64,000 nucleotides of DNA from Octopus bimaculoides (taxonomy: Eukaryota). A program made the translations under genes and the position numbers. Numbering within the stretch: the first letter of the stretch is position 1; the number at the start of each line of letters is the position of its first letter. The stretch covers positions 32,647,900 through 32,711,899 of the forward strand of contig NC_068990.1 of NCBI RefSeq assembly GCF_001194135.2. The letters run 5' to 3'. Below are positions 38,497 through 51,760 of this stretch, one piece after another. Under the pieces are notes generated by a model that saw nothing but the letters and a program-made list of their open reading frames with translations, searched no databases and was not told where the DNA came from.

Positions 38497-38970
38497 AGCT
38501 AGGAAAGTATTGGCAGGTATTGTTAAATACACACAAAAGCTGATATATATTTGTATACACACTTTCATAGACATGTATAGGAGATAAATATGTCACTGCA
38601 TGTATGATATTTGGAAGAAATTTAACCATGAATGTGTCTGTACACACACATATATATACATATATATGTATATATATATATATATACTTATACATATAAT
38701 ATACATATGTACATATGTGTATNNNNNNNNNNNNNNNNNNNNNNNNNNNNNNNNNNNNNNNNNNNNNNNNNNNNNNNNNNNNNNNNNNNNNNNNNNNNNN
38801 NNNNNNNNNNNNNNNNNNNNNNNNNNNNNNNNNNNNNNNNNNNNNNNNNNNNNNNNNNNNNNNNNNNNNNNNNNNNNNNNNNNNNNTATATAAACCTGTA
38901 TATTTATCGATATACAAATGTACATATGTATATATACATATGCTTTTGTGTACATACAGGTACATTTATA

Positions 38971-39018
<48 letters not shown>

Positions 39019-39784
39019 CTAGGAAAGTATTGGCAGGTATTGTTAAATACACACAAAAGCTGATATATATTTGTATACACACTTTCATAGACATGTATAG
39101 GAGATAAATATGTCACTGCATGTATGATATTTGGAAGAAATTTAACCATGAATGTGTCTGTACACACACATATATATACATATATATGTATATATATATA
39201 TATATACTTATACATATAATATACATATGTACATATGTGTATGTTTATATGTATATACATATGTGTGTGTGTATGTTTGCATGTGTGTATGTGTGTGTGA
39301 AAATAGTCTCATTACCATATAAAACTATGGACTTTTCTTACTCCATGTCCCCTCCCCCTCTATCTGTCTCCTCCTTCTCTTCCTCTCAAATATGCAAATA
39401 TTCTGCCTCCATCTTAGTCTCTAACTTTTAAACTTCTTCCCCTCTGCCTCCTCCTCTTCAACCACATTTCCCATGCCACCTCCTCCCACTGCTACCATTC
39501 TCCAATCTTTCACTGAGAACCCCCTCTCACTTCTCTTCTTATTCTGCATTGAAATATCTTAGTTTCCTCCGCCTATTTCATTCACATTCATAACACAACA
39601 AGCACACACGCACGCACACACACACACACACACACACATTATCTCTCTATGTATTTATCTTTCTGTCTATATGTGTATATGTGGGTGTGTGTATGAGAGA
39701 GAGAGAGAGAGAGAGAGACTATGTGTGAATGTATGTGTGTGTATGAGTGTATGTGTGTATGTATGGGTATTAATATGTGTTATT

Positions 39785-40000
39785 TCTTTACTACCCACAA
39801 GGGGCTACACACAGAGGGGACAAACAAGAACAGACAAATGGATGGAGTCGATTATATTGACCCCAGTGCGTAACTGGTACTTATTTAATCGACCCCGAAA
39901 GTCGACCTCGGCGGAATTTGAACCCAGAACGTAGCGGCAGACGAAATACCGCTAAGCATTTCGCCCGGCGTGCTAACATTTCTGCCAGCTCACCGCCTTA
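39785..40000 (-). mobile_element. SINE family B copy, CpG-rich (young) variant
   Basis: GTCGACCTCGGCGGAATTTGAAC...CATTTCGCCCGGCGTGCTAAC retains CpGs that other copies have lost. Confidence 0.8.
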
Positions 40001-40554
40001 ATATATGTGTGTGTCACCGTATTAATATGTGTGTGTGTACATCTCTCTCTCTCCTGCTTTTTCTCTCCCCCTCTCTCTTATGTGAATTTCTATTTATTCA
40101 TACCTCCTCTTCTTCTATGTCTTTCTCTTTCACCTCCCACCGATACTATTGCCACTTTCTACCCAACCCTCATTAATAATTTCACAGTATTTCCCCTTAA
40201 ATATTTTCACTGTTTCTATTTCTTCTCTCTTTCTTTTTTCTCTCACACATATACAAACACACACACACACACACACACATACGCATACACCAATTTGTAG
40301 ATAGATAGATATACGGTTGTGTAACCCTCAGTTCCATCCTCTCACCTTTACCTTTTGCTTTCATCCTCTTTCTCCTTCCTTCTATCTCTCCTCCCACTCT
40401 TCACTCTCCCTTTCTCTCTCTCTCCTTTCTTTCCCTGTCTCTCTTTCTCATTTCTCCTCCTCCAACCCCCCTCCCTCCTATCTGCCTTTCCATTTCTATT
40501 TTTCTCTCTCTCTCCCTTTTTACTCTGTTTTTTCACCTGTCCACCTCTCACTAA

Positions 40555-40765
40555 CTACCAATCACCACCACCATCATCAACGTCATCACCATCATCATCA
40601 TCACCACCATTATCTTCTTCATCCTCACTACCACCAGCACCTCTGCCGCCACCACCACCACCACCACCACCAGTACTACTACCATCACCATCTCCACCGC
40701 CATCATAACCACTATGACCACCACCATTATCATCATCATCATCATCATCATCATCATCGTCATTA
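40555..40765. repeat. Compound (CAT/CAC)n trinucleotide tract
   Basis: Simple repeat; source of the poly-His, poly-Pro and poly-Met ORFs. Confidence 0.95.
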
Positions 40766-41131
40766 ATATAATATCAGAACCCTGTGTTACATACTAATAT
40801 GTTAATGTCCTGTGTCTTTTAACTGGTAACATTGTCCAAGTGTTCAACTGCTATCATTTGGTGGTGGTGGACATGGTGGAGTAGCTACCTGTCCACTCCA
40901 TCATAATATCACCACCACCACCACCACCACCACCACTCATTTCTCTATTGTTTTTACTCTTTCCTTTCTCTTCTTACTACTACTACTACTGCTACTCATC
41001 CTCCTTCTCATCTCTTACAATATTCTTGCAATGTTTCTCTTAATGTCTCTTCTTCATTTCTTATTTATTTATCTATTTGTTTATTTCTTATTGTCCAACT
41101 TCTTTTCTTTCTACTACTTTTTAACTTCATT

Positions 41132-41164
<33 letters not shown>

Positions 41165-42201
41165 CTCCTCTTCCTCCTCCTCTTCCTCCTCCTNNNNNNN
41201 NNNNNNNNNNNNNNNNNNNNNNNNNNNNNNNNNNNNNNNNNNNNNNNNNNNNNNNNNNNNNNNNNNNNNNNNNNNNNNNNNNNNNNNNNNNNNNNNNNNN
41301 NNNNNNNNNNNNNNNNNNNNNNNNNNNNNNNNNNNNNNNNNNNNNNNNNNNNNNNNNNNNNNNNNNNNNNNNNNNNNNNNNNNNNNNNNNNNNNNNNNNN
41401 NNNNNNNNNNNNNNNNNNNNNNNNNNNNNNNNNNNNNNNNNNNNNNNNNNNNNNNNNNNNNNNNNNNNNNNNNTTTCACCTCCTCCTCCCCTCCTCCCAA
41501 TTCTCCTCCTACTTCTCCTCCCTCTTCATCTCCTCCCTCCTCCTCCATTTTTGTTTCCTCCCAGTTTCTTCTTTCCATTCTACTCCCCCTCCTCCAGCAT
41601 CTCTCACTCAACTTATAACCTACTCACCCCCCACACAAAACTACACCCCCCACCTGCAATATTTATTTATCAAATTTATTCTCTCTGTCCTCAAACATGG
41701 TATCGACCCTCCCACCTCACCATTATATATATATATATCAACTTAATCCCTTTGTCTGTCCCCTCTATCTTTAGCCCCCTGTGGGCAATAAAGAAATATA
41801 TATATATATCATCACTAACCCCTCCCACTTTCTTTGAGAAGTTAGTTTAAATTTTTTAACTTTGCTGTTTGGTCTTCATATATGCAAAACACATGTTAAA
41901 GCCAGTAAGGTACCCAGAATTATTCACAATATTTGGGGTTGAAATGGAATCACATTATTTGAGAGATTAAGCTGGTCAACAACTGACCAATGTAATTATC
42001 ACTTTTGAGTACATGGTCAATATGCAATTATTGAGTACAATATTTCTCCTCTTGCCACCATTTGTATAGTGCTTTGGTGCTAGACAGGTAAACTTGCAAA
42101 CTTCTGTTTGTGTAACTAAATACTTCATGCTAATCCCTGCTTCGGTATCCCATAATACTAAATAATATGACACTGCATCCTTATTATTATTATTATTATA
42201 A

Positions 42202-42466
42202 AGGTGGTGAGCTGGCAGAATTGTTAGAACACCGGGCAAAATTCTTGGAAGTATTTCATCTGCCCTTATGTTCTAAGTTCAAATTTTGCCAAGGTCAGTT
42301 TTGTTTTTCATCCTTTCAGGGTTGATTAAATAAATACCAGTTACACACTGGGGTCAATGTAATCGACTTAATCCTTTCTCCCAAATTTCAGGCCTTGTGC
42401 CGATATTAGAAAGGATTATTATTATTATTATTATTATTGTTATTATTATTATTATTNNNNNNNNNN

Positions 42467-42506
<40 letters not shown>

Positions 42507-43179
42507 GGGCAGTGAGTTGGCTGAATCATTAGCATGCTGGGCGAAATGCTTAGTGGCATTTCATCTGCCTTTATGTTCTGAGATCAAATTCTGCCGAGAT
42601 CGACTTTGCCTTTCATCCTTTTGGGGTCAATAAAATAAGTACCATTTGAGTACTGGGATCATTGTAATCAACTATCCCCCCCCCCACACCAAATTTCAGG
42701 TCTTGTGCCTATTGTAGAAAGAATTATGATTATTATGATTATTATTATTGAGGCGGTGTGCTGGCAGAATCGTTAGCATGCTGGATAGAATGATTTGCGG
42801 CATTTCATCTGCTTTTACATTCTGAGTTCAAATCCCACTGAAGTCAACTTTGCCATTCATCATTTCAAGGTTGATAAAAGAAGTACCAATTGTGTACTGG
42901 GGTCAATGTAATTGGCATGTCCTCTCCTCGAAATTGCTGGCCTTGTGCCAAAATTTGAAACCATTATTATTATCATTATTACAAGGCAGTGAAAGGTGGT
43001 GAGCTGGCAGAATCGTTAGCATGCCGGACGAAATACTTAGTGGTATTTCACCCATCGCTACGTTCTGTGTTCAAATTCTGCTGAGGTTGACTTTGCCTTT
43101 CATCCTTTCAGGGTTGATAAATTGTGTCAGTGAAACGCTGGGGTCGATGTAAGGGACTTACACCTGCCAGCTCACCGCC

Positions 43180-43219
<40 letters not shown>

Positions 43220-43420
43220 TCCTTTCTACTGGTAGCACAAAGCCCTCTCCCAATATGGCTGCCTTGTGGTAAAATTTGAAACCATGGTTACAGGGCAGTG
43301 AGCTGGCAAAATGCTTAGCAGCATTTCGTCAACCTTTATCTTCTGAAATTTTAGTCAACCAGGCTAAATATCAACCAATATTTAGGACTAATTCCATTCT
43401 GTTCTGAGTTCAAATCCTGC
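42202..43420 (+). mobile_element. Cluster of 4-5 head-to-tail SINE B copies separated by (ATT)n tracts
   Basis: Heads at about 42202, 42507, 42751, 42994 and 43291; an inverted head stub at about 43163-43180. Confidence 0.85.
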
Positions 43421-43489
43421 CGGTGCCAACTGCGTTCATATTGTCAGAGTTAAGAAAATAAGTTCCTACTATGTTCATCCTGGACACAT

Positions 43490-43662
43490 CATCCTCATTT
43501 AACATCTATTGTCCATGCTGGCATGGATTGGATGGTTTGACCAGAGCTGGTAAGCTGGAGAGCTGCACCAGCCTCCAATCTGATTTGGCATGGTTTCTAC
43601 AGCTGGATGCCCTTCTTAATGCCAACCACTTGATGAGTGTGCTGTATGCTTTTATGTGGCAC
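43490..43662 (-). mobile_element. RTE LINE 3' tail
   Basis: Reverse complement of the tail ...AAGGGCATCCAGCTGTAGAAACC...CCATGCCAGCATGGA. Confidence 0.8.
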
Positions 43663-44764
43663 TAATCAAATGAGACCTTAACCACAGAAGCATCTTCGTA
43701 ATTGTAATTATAATTTAAACCATTTATTTACTGAACCATAAATGTTGTAATGGTGAAGTTTCTCTATAAATAAATTCTGATCAATAATATCAGTCTTCCT
43801 GGAGATCAATAAAACTTCACCTGAAAACTGATCAGTCAAGAATATTTTCAGTGATGTTGATTAAAGTATGGCAGGTTGAGAGGTGTCTATAAAAGTCAGA
43901 CTAAGAAGAATAGATGCTAGATGCTTCCTCCTCAAAGAATTTAATCAGGAAAGAATATACACTTTTCTGTAAGGACAGAACAGATACTAGAAGATAGCTG
44001 GTATACTCAAGACAAAAATCTATTTTATAGATATTATATTATATATATACACACAGCCACATGCACACACACATGCATCTGTACATGCAAGGAAGAACTT
44101 AGGGAAATAAGTCTGCCATAATAAGACAAAGTAGACTGTGATTCATCAAAAGTGAAGATGTTTTGTGGAGATAAGGACTAGAATATTGATATATGATGGG
44201 TCAAAAATAAACAGTGAGGATCATCTGGGTTAGATTGCTGTGAGATCACATAGGTCAGATTAACAAGGGATCATAGTCAACATTATCATCATCATTAACA
44301 ATATTACCAAGAGGAACAACAATAACCATTTCGAAGGGAGTGTTGGGGACTATGTTGTTTAATGTGTGTCCTCATTACTCAGATGTGAATTATGATTTGG
44401 GGAAAATTTGGCTGCTATTTCTAGGATGCGGATGCTGGATGGACAGAAATAATTCAAATGATAAATAGAAGTGAAAGGAATATTGTAATTGGGCTAAATT
44501 ACTTTTATAATTCTCTTGTTGTTCTCTTAGAAGATTGGTGGAAGAAGTCCATAGGTGGAACTTCTAATGGTCATTGCAGTGTCCTTTGGTATTTGGACTA
44601 ACTGGACAGGTCCACCATAGCATAACAAAACAATCATTCAGTAGAAGTTTGGTAAAGTGTTTTGACAATCCCTCAACCCCTTGTGGGGTCACTGGAGTGC
44701 TGCAGCCATGCAGCGTATCTTGTGTGAGAAATCCTGGTGAAGCCCATCCCTCTCCAGGCTAAAC

Positions 44765-45060
44765 ATCTCTGCAGTTGAGTGGACTGGAGTAACATGAAAT
44801 AAAATGTTTTGCTCAAGAACACAACAGATCACCCAGTCCAGGGATCGAAACCACAACCTTACAGTTGTGAATCCAACACCTTAACCACTAAGCAACACAC
44901 CTCTTCTAGTGGTTCTCATTTCTACAGCTCAGTGAACTGGAGCAATGCGAAGTGAAGTGTTTTTGCTCAAGAACACAATACATCACCTGGTCCAGGAATT
45001 GAAACCACAATCTTACAGTCATGAGTCCAACACCCTAACCACTGAGCCACACAGCTCCAC
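44765..45060 (-). mobile_element. Two tandem SINE C-type heads
   Basis: Two copies of TGCTCAAGAACACAA...GAAACCACAA.CTTACAGT...CCAACACC.TAACCACT, at about 44765-44900 and 44915-45060. Confidence 0.75.
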
Positions 45061-46190
45061 ATAAAGTGTTTTAGTGATTTTGAATTTGTTTGTCTTTAAT
45101 ATGGGTGTCAGCCCTTTGGTTTTCTTTCTTTAACTGATGGATACCTAACGCAGCATATGGCCTATAATAGCATGGAAAGTAAAACTGATCTGGTGACACT
45201 TGAAACCAGATCTCTGAGATCTCCGTAACCAAATATTCTATTTCTATTATGAATTTTTCTATTATTGTTCCAGCATCCTCCGAAAACCTTTGAACTTACC
45301 TTCTTGATTGCCGTTAATTTATACAAGGGTTGGTCACTTATCCTAATGTCTTATCCACCTCCTAAAGATGGAGACCCTTAACATTTTTACAACTGAAGTC
45401 ATGGTGGAGAAATCAGAACCTAGAATTCTAAATCAAATAAATAATCATTGATTTAACAATGCTCCCACCATTGTCGAACTGGTATATTTCATTGCTGTAA
45501 AATTTACAGCAAAGATATATACTAGTTCAACATTGTCACCTGTGTGGAGAGAAAGAGAGTGAGAGAGAGGGGGGAAAGAGGGAGGGAGAGAGAGAGAGAG
45601 AGCACTAAGTGGACAGAAGTTTAAATGTCATAATGATGAAGGACACAATATAGTAACATGGGGGTGAAGACAAGGACCAGTGATGATATAGCTGGTGGTC
45701 CACTAACCATCACAGCACCTTGCTCCTATCATAGTTTCATGCACACATATATACACACTTTCACTGCCCCCCCTCTCTCTCTTTCTCACACACACACACA
45801 TACATAGTACATACATATACCTTTTACTTGTTTCAGTCATTGGTCTGTGGCCATGCTGGGGCACCACTTTAAAGAATTTTAACTGAACAAATCAACCTCA
45901 GTACGTAGTTTAAGTCTTGTACTTATTCTATTGTTGAACTGCCAAGTTGTGGGATTTTAAACAAACCAGCATCGGCTGTCAAGTGATGGGGCAAACAATC
46001 ACACACACACACACACACATACACACACGTACATAATAAACTTCCACACAGTTTCCATCAATCATATTTACTCACAAGGCATTCATCAGCCAGTGCTATA
46101 GTAGAAGACACTGTAGAAAGGAACCCAAAACCACGTGGTTGCAAAATGAACCTTTTAACCACACCTGCACACACACACCTATACACACTT

Positions 46191-46225
<35 letters not shown>

Positions 46226-46227
46226 CA

Positions 46228-46667
46228 TGCAGATGTGGCTGTGTGGCAAGAAGCTTGCTTCCAAATCACATGGTCCTGGGTTCAGTCTCACTGCATGGCA
46301 CCTTAAGTAAGTGTCTTCTACTATAGCCTCGGGCCAACCAAAACCTTGTGAGTGAGTTTGGTAGACGGAAACTGAAAGAAGCCTGTCATGTATATTTATA
46401 TATATATAAATATATATATATATATCTGTCGATGTGTTTGTGTGTCTTTCTGTCTGTGTTTGTCTCCTCATCACTGCTTGACAACCAGTGTTGGTGTGTT
46501 TACGTCCCTGTAATTTAGTAGTTTGGCAAAAAGAGATCTACAGAATAAGTACCAGGCTTTAAAAAGAAATAGGTAAAGGGGCTGATTCATTCAACTAAAA
46601 ACTCTACAAGGCAGTGCTCCAGCATGGCTGCAGTCAAATGACTGAAAAGAGTAAAAGAATAAAAGAA
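46228..46667 (+). mobile_element. SINE family A copy (minus-strand A fragments lie just upstream at about 45825-46150)
   Basis: Homologous to 328-723. Confidence 0.8.
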
Positions 46668-47819
46668 TGTATATTCGTATACATATATATATGACCATAC
46701 TTAACCTTTCGGACATGCTAGGCTTGATATGGCTAAATGGTTAAGAAGTTTGAATTCCTAACATACAGTCCCTGGGCTTGATTCCATAATGTGGCATCTT
46801 AGGGGAGGCAAATGTCCTTTACCATTTTCTCAGGTCAACCAATGCACAGTGAATCGAATTGGGTAGATGGTAGTTGTGAGGAGCCAATCAGCATTCTTGT
46901 ATTTATCATTGAAAGGGTCAGTTTAGTGTCATGTTGATTTACCTGCAGATTAATGATGCACGTCGGAAGAAAGTGCAGCCATTTATATGCTAATTCAGTG
47001 AACCGTGAATTCAGTTGATTCAACAACAGAATTATCAACACTGAAACTGAGGAAGTTCCATTTACTTATATACACAAATAAATATATTGTACATACAGAC
47101 ATAAATACATAATACATACACATATTATGTAGTATATACATTATATATATANNNNNNNNNNNNNNNNNNNNNNNNNNNNNNNNNNNNNNNNNNNNNNNNN
47201 NNNNNNNNNNNNNNNNNNNNNNNNNNNNNNNNNNNNNNNNNNNNNNNNNNNNNNNNNNNNNNNNNNNNNNNNNNNNNNNNNNNNNNNNNNNNNNNNNNNN
47301 NNNNNNNNNNNNNNNNNNNNNNNNNNNNNNNNNNNNNNNNNNNNNNNNNNNNNNNNNNNNNNNNNNNNNNNNNNNNNNNNNNNNNNNNNNNNNNNNNNNN
47401 NNNNNNNNNNNNNNNNNNNNNNNNNNNNNNNNNNNNNNNNNNNNNNNNNNNNNNNNNNNNNNNNNNNNNNNNNNNNNNNNNNNNNNNNNNNNNNNNNNNN
47501 NNNNNNNNNNNNNNNNNNNNNNNNNNNNNNNNNNNNNNNNNNNNNNNNNNNNNNNNNNNNNNNNNNNNNNNNNNNNNNNNNNNNNNNNNNNNNNNNNNNN
47601 NNNNNNNNNNNNNNNNNNNNNNNNNNNNNNNNNNNNNNNNNNNNNNNNNNNNNNNNNNNNNNNNNNNNNNNNNNNNNNNNNNNNNNNNNNNNNNNNNNNN
47701 NNNNNNNNNNNNNNNNNNNNNNNNNNNNNNNNNNNNNNNNNNNNNNNNNNNNNNNNNNNNNNNNNNNNNNNNNNNNNNNNNNNNNNNNNNNNNNNNNNNN
47801 NNNNNNNNNNNNNNNNNNN

Positions 47820-47867
<48 letters not shown>

Positions 47868-47987
47868 AAAATATATAATGCATAGGTACATAAATGTAGA
47901 GTATATATGCATGAATATATAGTGTATATACACATATAGTACCAACACACTATAAGTAGTACATACACAGATATATCTATACATAGC

Positions 47988-48040
<53 letters not shown>

Positions 48041-48498
48041 ACACATAAATGTATGTGTACACATGCATATATGTAGGTACAAAATGCAGGTGTATAAGTA
48101 TAAATATAATGCTTAAACACAAATATATATATATATATGTACACACACATAAATATATCGTGTATAGTCATAAATATATAGAATATGTACATACATGTAT
48201 AGTTCATATACACATAATTTATACACACAAATATACAAATATGTGCACAGACATACATACACACACACACCTATTTATAGTATATACATGTATATATATA
48301 AAGTATATACATAGACGTATATAGCATAAAACAAACAGATAGTACATGCATAAACATTGAGTAAATATATAGTACATATAGATATATATAAGACAAACAT
48401 ACATAGTATATACTCATACATCTTACGAAGACATTTCTCTCATCATCTCATTTTCTTCTACACATAGACACACACATGCATATAAATACATACATGCA

Positions 48499-48537
<39 letters not shown>

Positions 48538-49099
48538 CTACACACACATGTAGGTATAAACACATGCACAAATGTGCGTACACACAGATGCATGAATTTT
48601 ACTAATACACTTTTGCATTCTGTCCTTGTCTCCATCCATCTCTCCCACTGACTCATGCACCAGCAGATACACACACGCACACACACTCTCTCTCTCTTTC
48701 TCCCTCTCTCTCTCTCTTTCTCCCTCTCTCTCTCTCTTTCTCCCTCTCTCTCTCTCTTTCTCCCTCTCTCTCTCTTTCTCCCCCTCTCTCTCTTTCTCCC
48801 TCTCTCTCTCTTTCTCCCTCTCTCTTTCTCCCTCTCTATCTCTCTCAATAGCCTCCACCACACACACACAACTATACACACAGCTATCTGTATGCATTGC
48901 ATGTATCTACGTACTGCACTTCTATGTTGTAAGTGTTTGCAAGATGTAGCTATGTATATGCATACATTCTAGAGAATGTGTGTGTATATACATATGTATA
49001 GTATATGTGTAAATGCACACACACACACACACAAACATTTACACATGTGTGTGTGTATGTATGTATACATACCATACATACATATACATGTATATATAC

Positions 49100-49194
<95 letters not shown>

Positions 49195-49559
49195 GTATGT
49201 ATACATAACACACACACACACACACACACACACATGCAGACAAACCAGTGTACATCTAATATATAATTCTTGTAGTCTCCAGGACCTGAAGATGGATGGC
49301 TACTGGCATCTTCACAAGATTAGCAGAAAAGCCTGGAAGAAAAATCACTGGCCACTGGATGTTGTTGTAAAGTATGTTCCCAATTTGAGTCATTTCTGTA
49401 GCTCAGTGTGCAAACATATCCTTCCTCCCCCGCCTCCACAACACCTTCTTTCATCCCACTGTAGATTGTCTTCATTGGAACACATTAATTACGTTCCCTA
49501 ATTGTTCTGGTTGTTATTGTCTACCAAACAAATGGTTGCAACTGAGGTAATTAGCACTA

Positions 49560-49666
49560 ATATTCTACCAGCACTGCCACCACTACCACCAATACCACCA
49601 CCACCACCACCGCTGTTGTGGAGGTCACCATTACCACCTCTATCTCCTGCTACAACCACACTACTG

Positions 49667-49709
<43 letters not shown>

Positions 49710-49850
49710 CACTACCACTACTACTACTACTGTTACTACTAACACTGCTAACATCACCACCACCACCACTCTCACTACCACCACTCTCACCACCACCACC
49801 ACCACTGCTGCTACTGCTGCTGCTACTGCTGTCACCATCACTACTAGCAT
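49560..49850. repeat. Compound (CAC/TAC/CTG)n trinucleotide tract
   Basis: Simple repeat; source of the Ser/Gly-rich and poly-Thr ORFs. Confidence 0.9.
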
Positions 49851-50132
49851 AATTAAAAGATGAAGCAAAAGCAGAAATAATATCGCTGGATATATTTCCT
49901 ACATTGCTGAGTTTTATGTCAAATTGCCTGAGATCAAATTCCTGTGGAGTTGAATTTGATTTCCACAGTTCAACTGATTGGACCTTTTGACATAAATAAT
50001 TTAGGTCTTTCCACAGCAACAACAACAACAAACATTTAGTGATAAATGTTTCAGTTTAAAAGTCAGATAATGAAACTGAATTTCTAATCTTAAGATTTTG
50101 TTGAAGGCATTCGCGATTCTTTTAGGGCGGTT

Positions 50133-50485
50133 TCTTTTTATCTTTTACTTGCTTCAGTCATTTGACTGTGGCCATGCTGGGGCACCACCTTGAAAAATTG
50201 TTTTAATCGAACAATTTGACCTCAGGGCTTATTTGTTTTAAGCCTAGAACTTATTCTATTAGTCTCTTTTGCTGAACCGCTAAGTTACAAGGATGTAAAC
50301 ACAGCAACACCAGTTGTCAAATGGTGGTGGAGGACAAAAAGGCAGACACAAAAGACACACACAAACACACATGAACACATACACACACACATTGCAGGTT
50401 TCTTTCAGTTTCCTTCTACCAAATCTGCTCATAATGCTATGGTCGGCCCGAAGCTATAATTGAACTCACCTGCCAAAGGTACCAT
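50133..50485 (-). mobile_element. SINE family A copy, diverged
   Basis: Reverse complement of the family A tail and partial head. Confidence 0.75.
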
Positions 50486-50810
50486 GATCTTTTTCACCTA
50501 ATGATGGTGCTGGGTCCATCTTCATGCTAATCTCAGCTAAAAGCTAAATCTGTTCTGCATATAATGGTCATTCAACATAAACCTACAAATTATGTGCAAC
50601 ACAAACCACCAAAATGGATGTTTCATGACCTGGTAGACGTTGTTTAGCCAACAGTAACTCCAACATGGCCATGCCACTAGTGTTTATCCTAAACAAGCAA
50701 TGTTTCTTATCACTGCTTTTAGCATTCAATACAAAAGATGTTTTGAAAATTGTAACTAATAGTCATAATATTGATGGTTCCTCTTAGATTGGCATAAGGC
50801 CATGGAAGGG

Positions 50811-51760
50811 GTACAGGTGATATGAGAGGTACAGGTAATGTGAGAGATACAGGTAATGTGAGAGATACAGGTGATATGAGAGGTACAGGTGATATGAGAG
50901 GTACAGGTGATATGAGAGGTACAGGTAATGTGAGAGATACAGGTGATATGAGAGGTACAGGTAATGTGAGAGATACNNNNNNNNNNNNNNNNNNNNNNNN
51001 NNNNNNNNNNNNNNNNNNNNNNNNNNNNNNNNNNNNNNNNNNNNNNNNNNNNNNNNNNNNNNNNNNNNNNNNNNNNNNNNNNNNNNNNNNNNNNNNNNNN
51101 NNNNNNNNNNNNNNNNNNNNNNNNNNNNNNNNNNNNNNNNNNNNNNNNNNNNNNNNNNNNNNNNNNNNNNNNNNNNNNNNNNNNNNNNNNNNNNNNNNNN
51201 NNNNNNNNNNNNNNNNNNNNNNNNNNNNNNNNNNNNNNNNNNNNNNNNNNNNNNNNNNNNNNNNNNNNNNNNNNNNNNNNNNNNNNNNNNNNNNNNNNNN
51301 NNNNNNNNNNNNNNNNNNNNNNNNNNNNNNNNNNNNNNNNNNNNNNNNNNNNNNNNNNNNNNNNNNNNNNNNNNNNNNNNNNNNNNNNNNNNNNNNNNNN
51401 NNNNNNNNNNNNNNNNNNNNNNNNNNNNNNNNNNNNNNNNNNNNNNNNNNNNNNTACAGGTGATATGAGAGGTACAGGTGATATGAGAGGTACAGGTGAT
51501 ATGAGAGGTACAGGTGATATGAGAGGTACAGGTGATATGAGAGGTACAGGTAATATGAGAGATACAGGTGATATGAGAGGTACAGGTGATATGAGAGGTA
51601 CAGGTGATATGAGAGGTACAGGTGATATGAGAGGTACAGGTAATGTGAGAGATACAGGTGATATGAGAGGTATAAATGGAATGTGAGGTACAAGTGATAT
51701 GAGAGATACAGGTGGTGGGTGAAGTACAGTTGATGGGTGAGGTACATGTGATGAGTGAGG
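50811..51760. repeat. 18-bp minisatellite (TACAGGTGATATGAGAGG / TACAGGTAATGTGAGAGA) spanning a gap
   Basis: Units are visible on both sides of gap 50977-51453 and degenerate toward 51760. Confidence 0.95.

Noticed and set aside
38494-39241. ~230-bp direct duplication (38494-38722 and 39013-39241) either side of a gap
   Set aside because: Identical copies flanking an N-run inside TA-rich DNA are typical of an unmerged contig overlap; probably an assembly artefact.
40317-41618. Poly-His, poly-Pro, poly-Ser and poly-Glu ORFs
   Set aside because: They derive from CT-rich and trinucleotide microsatellites, with no splice or domain context.
36821-49266. Many long ORFs of YI/CV/HT dipeptides and X-runs
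   Set aside because: They are translations of (TA)n, (TG)n, (CA)n and N gaps, with no coding signal.
49498-50031. 177-aa Ser/Gly-rich ORF on the minus strand
   Set aside because: It consists of a SINE B fragment plus a trinucleotide tract.
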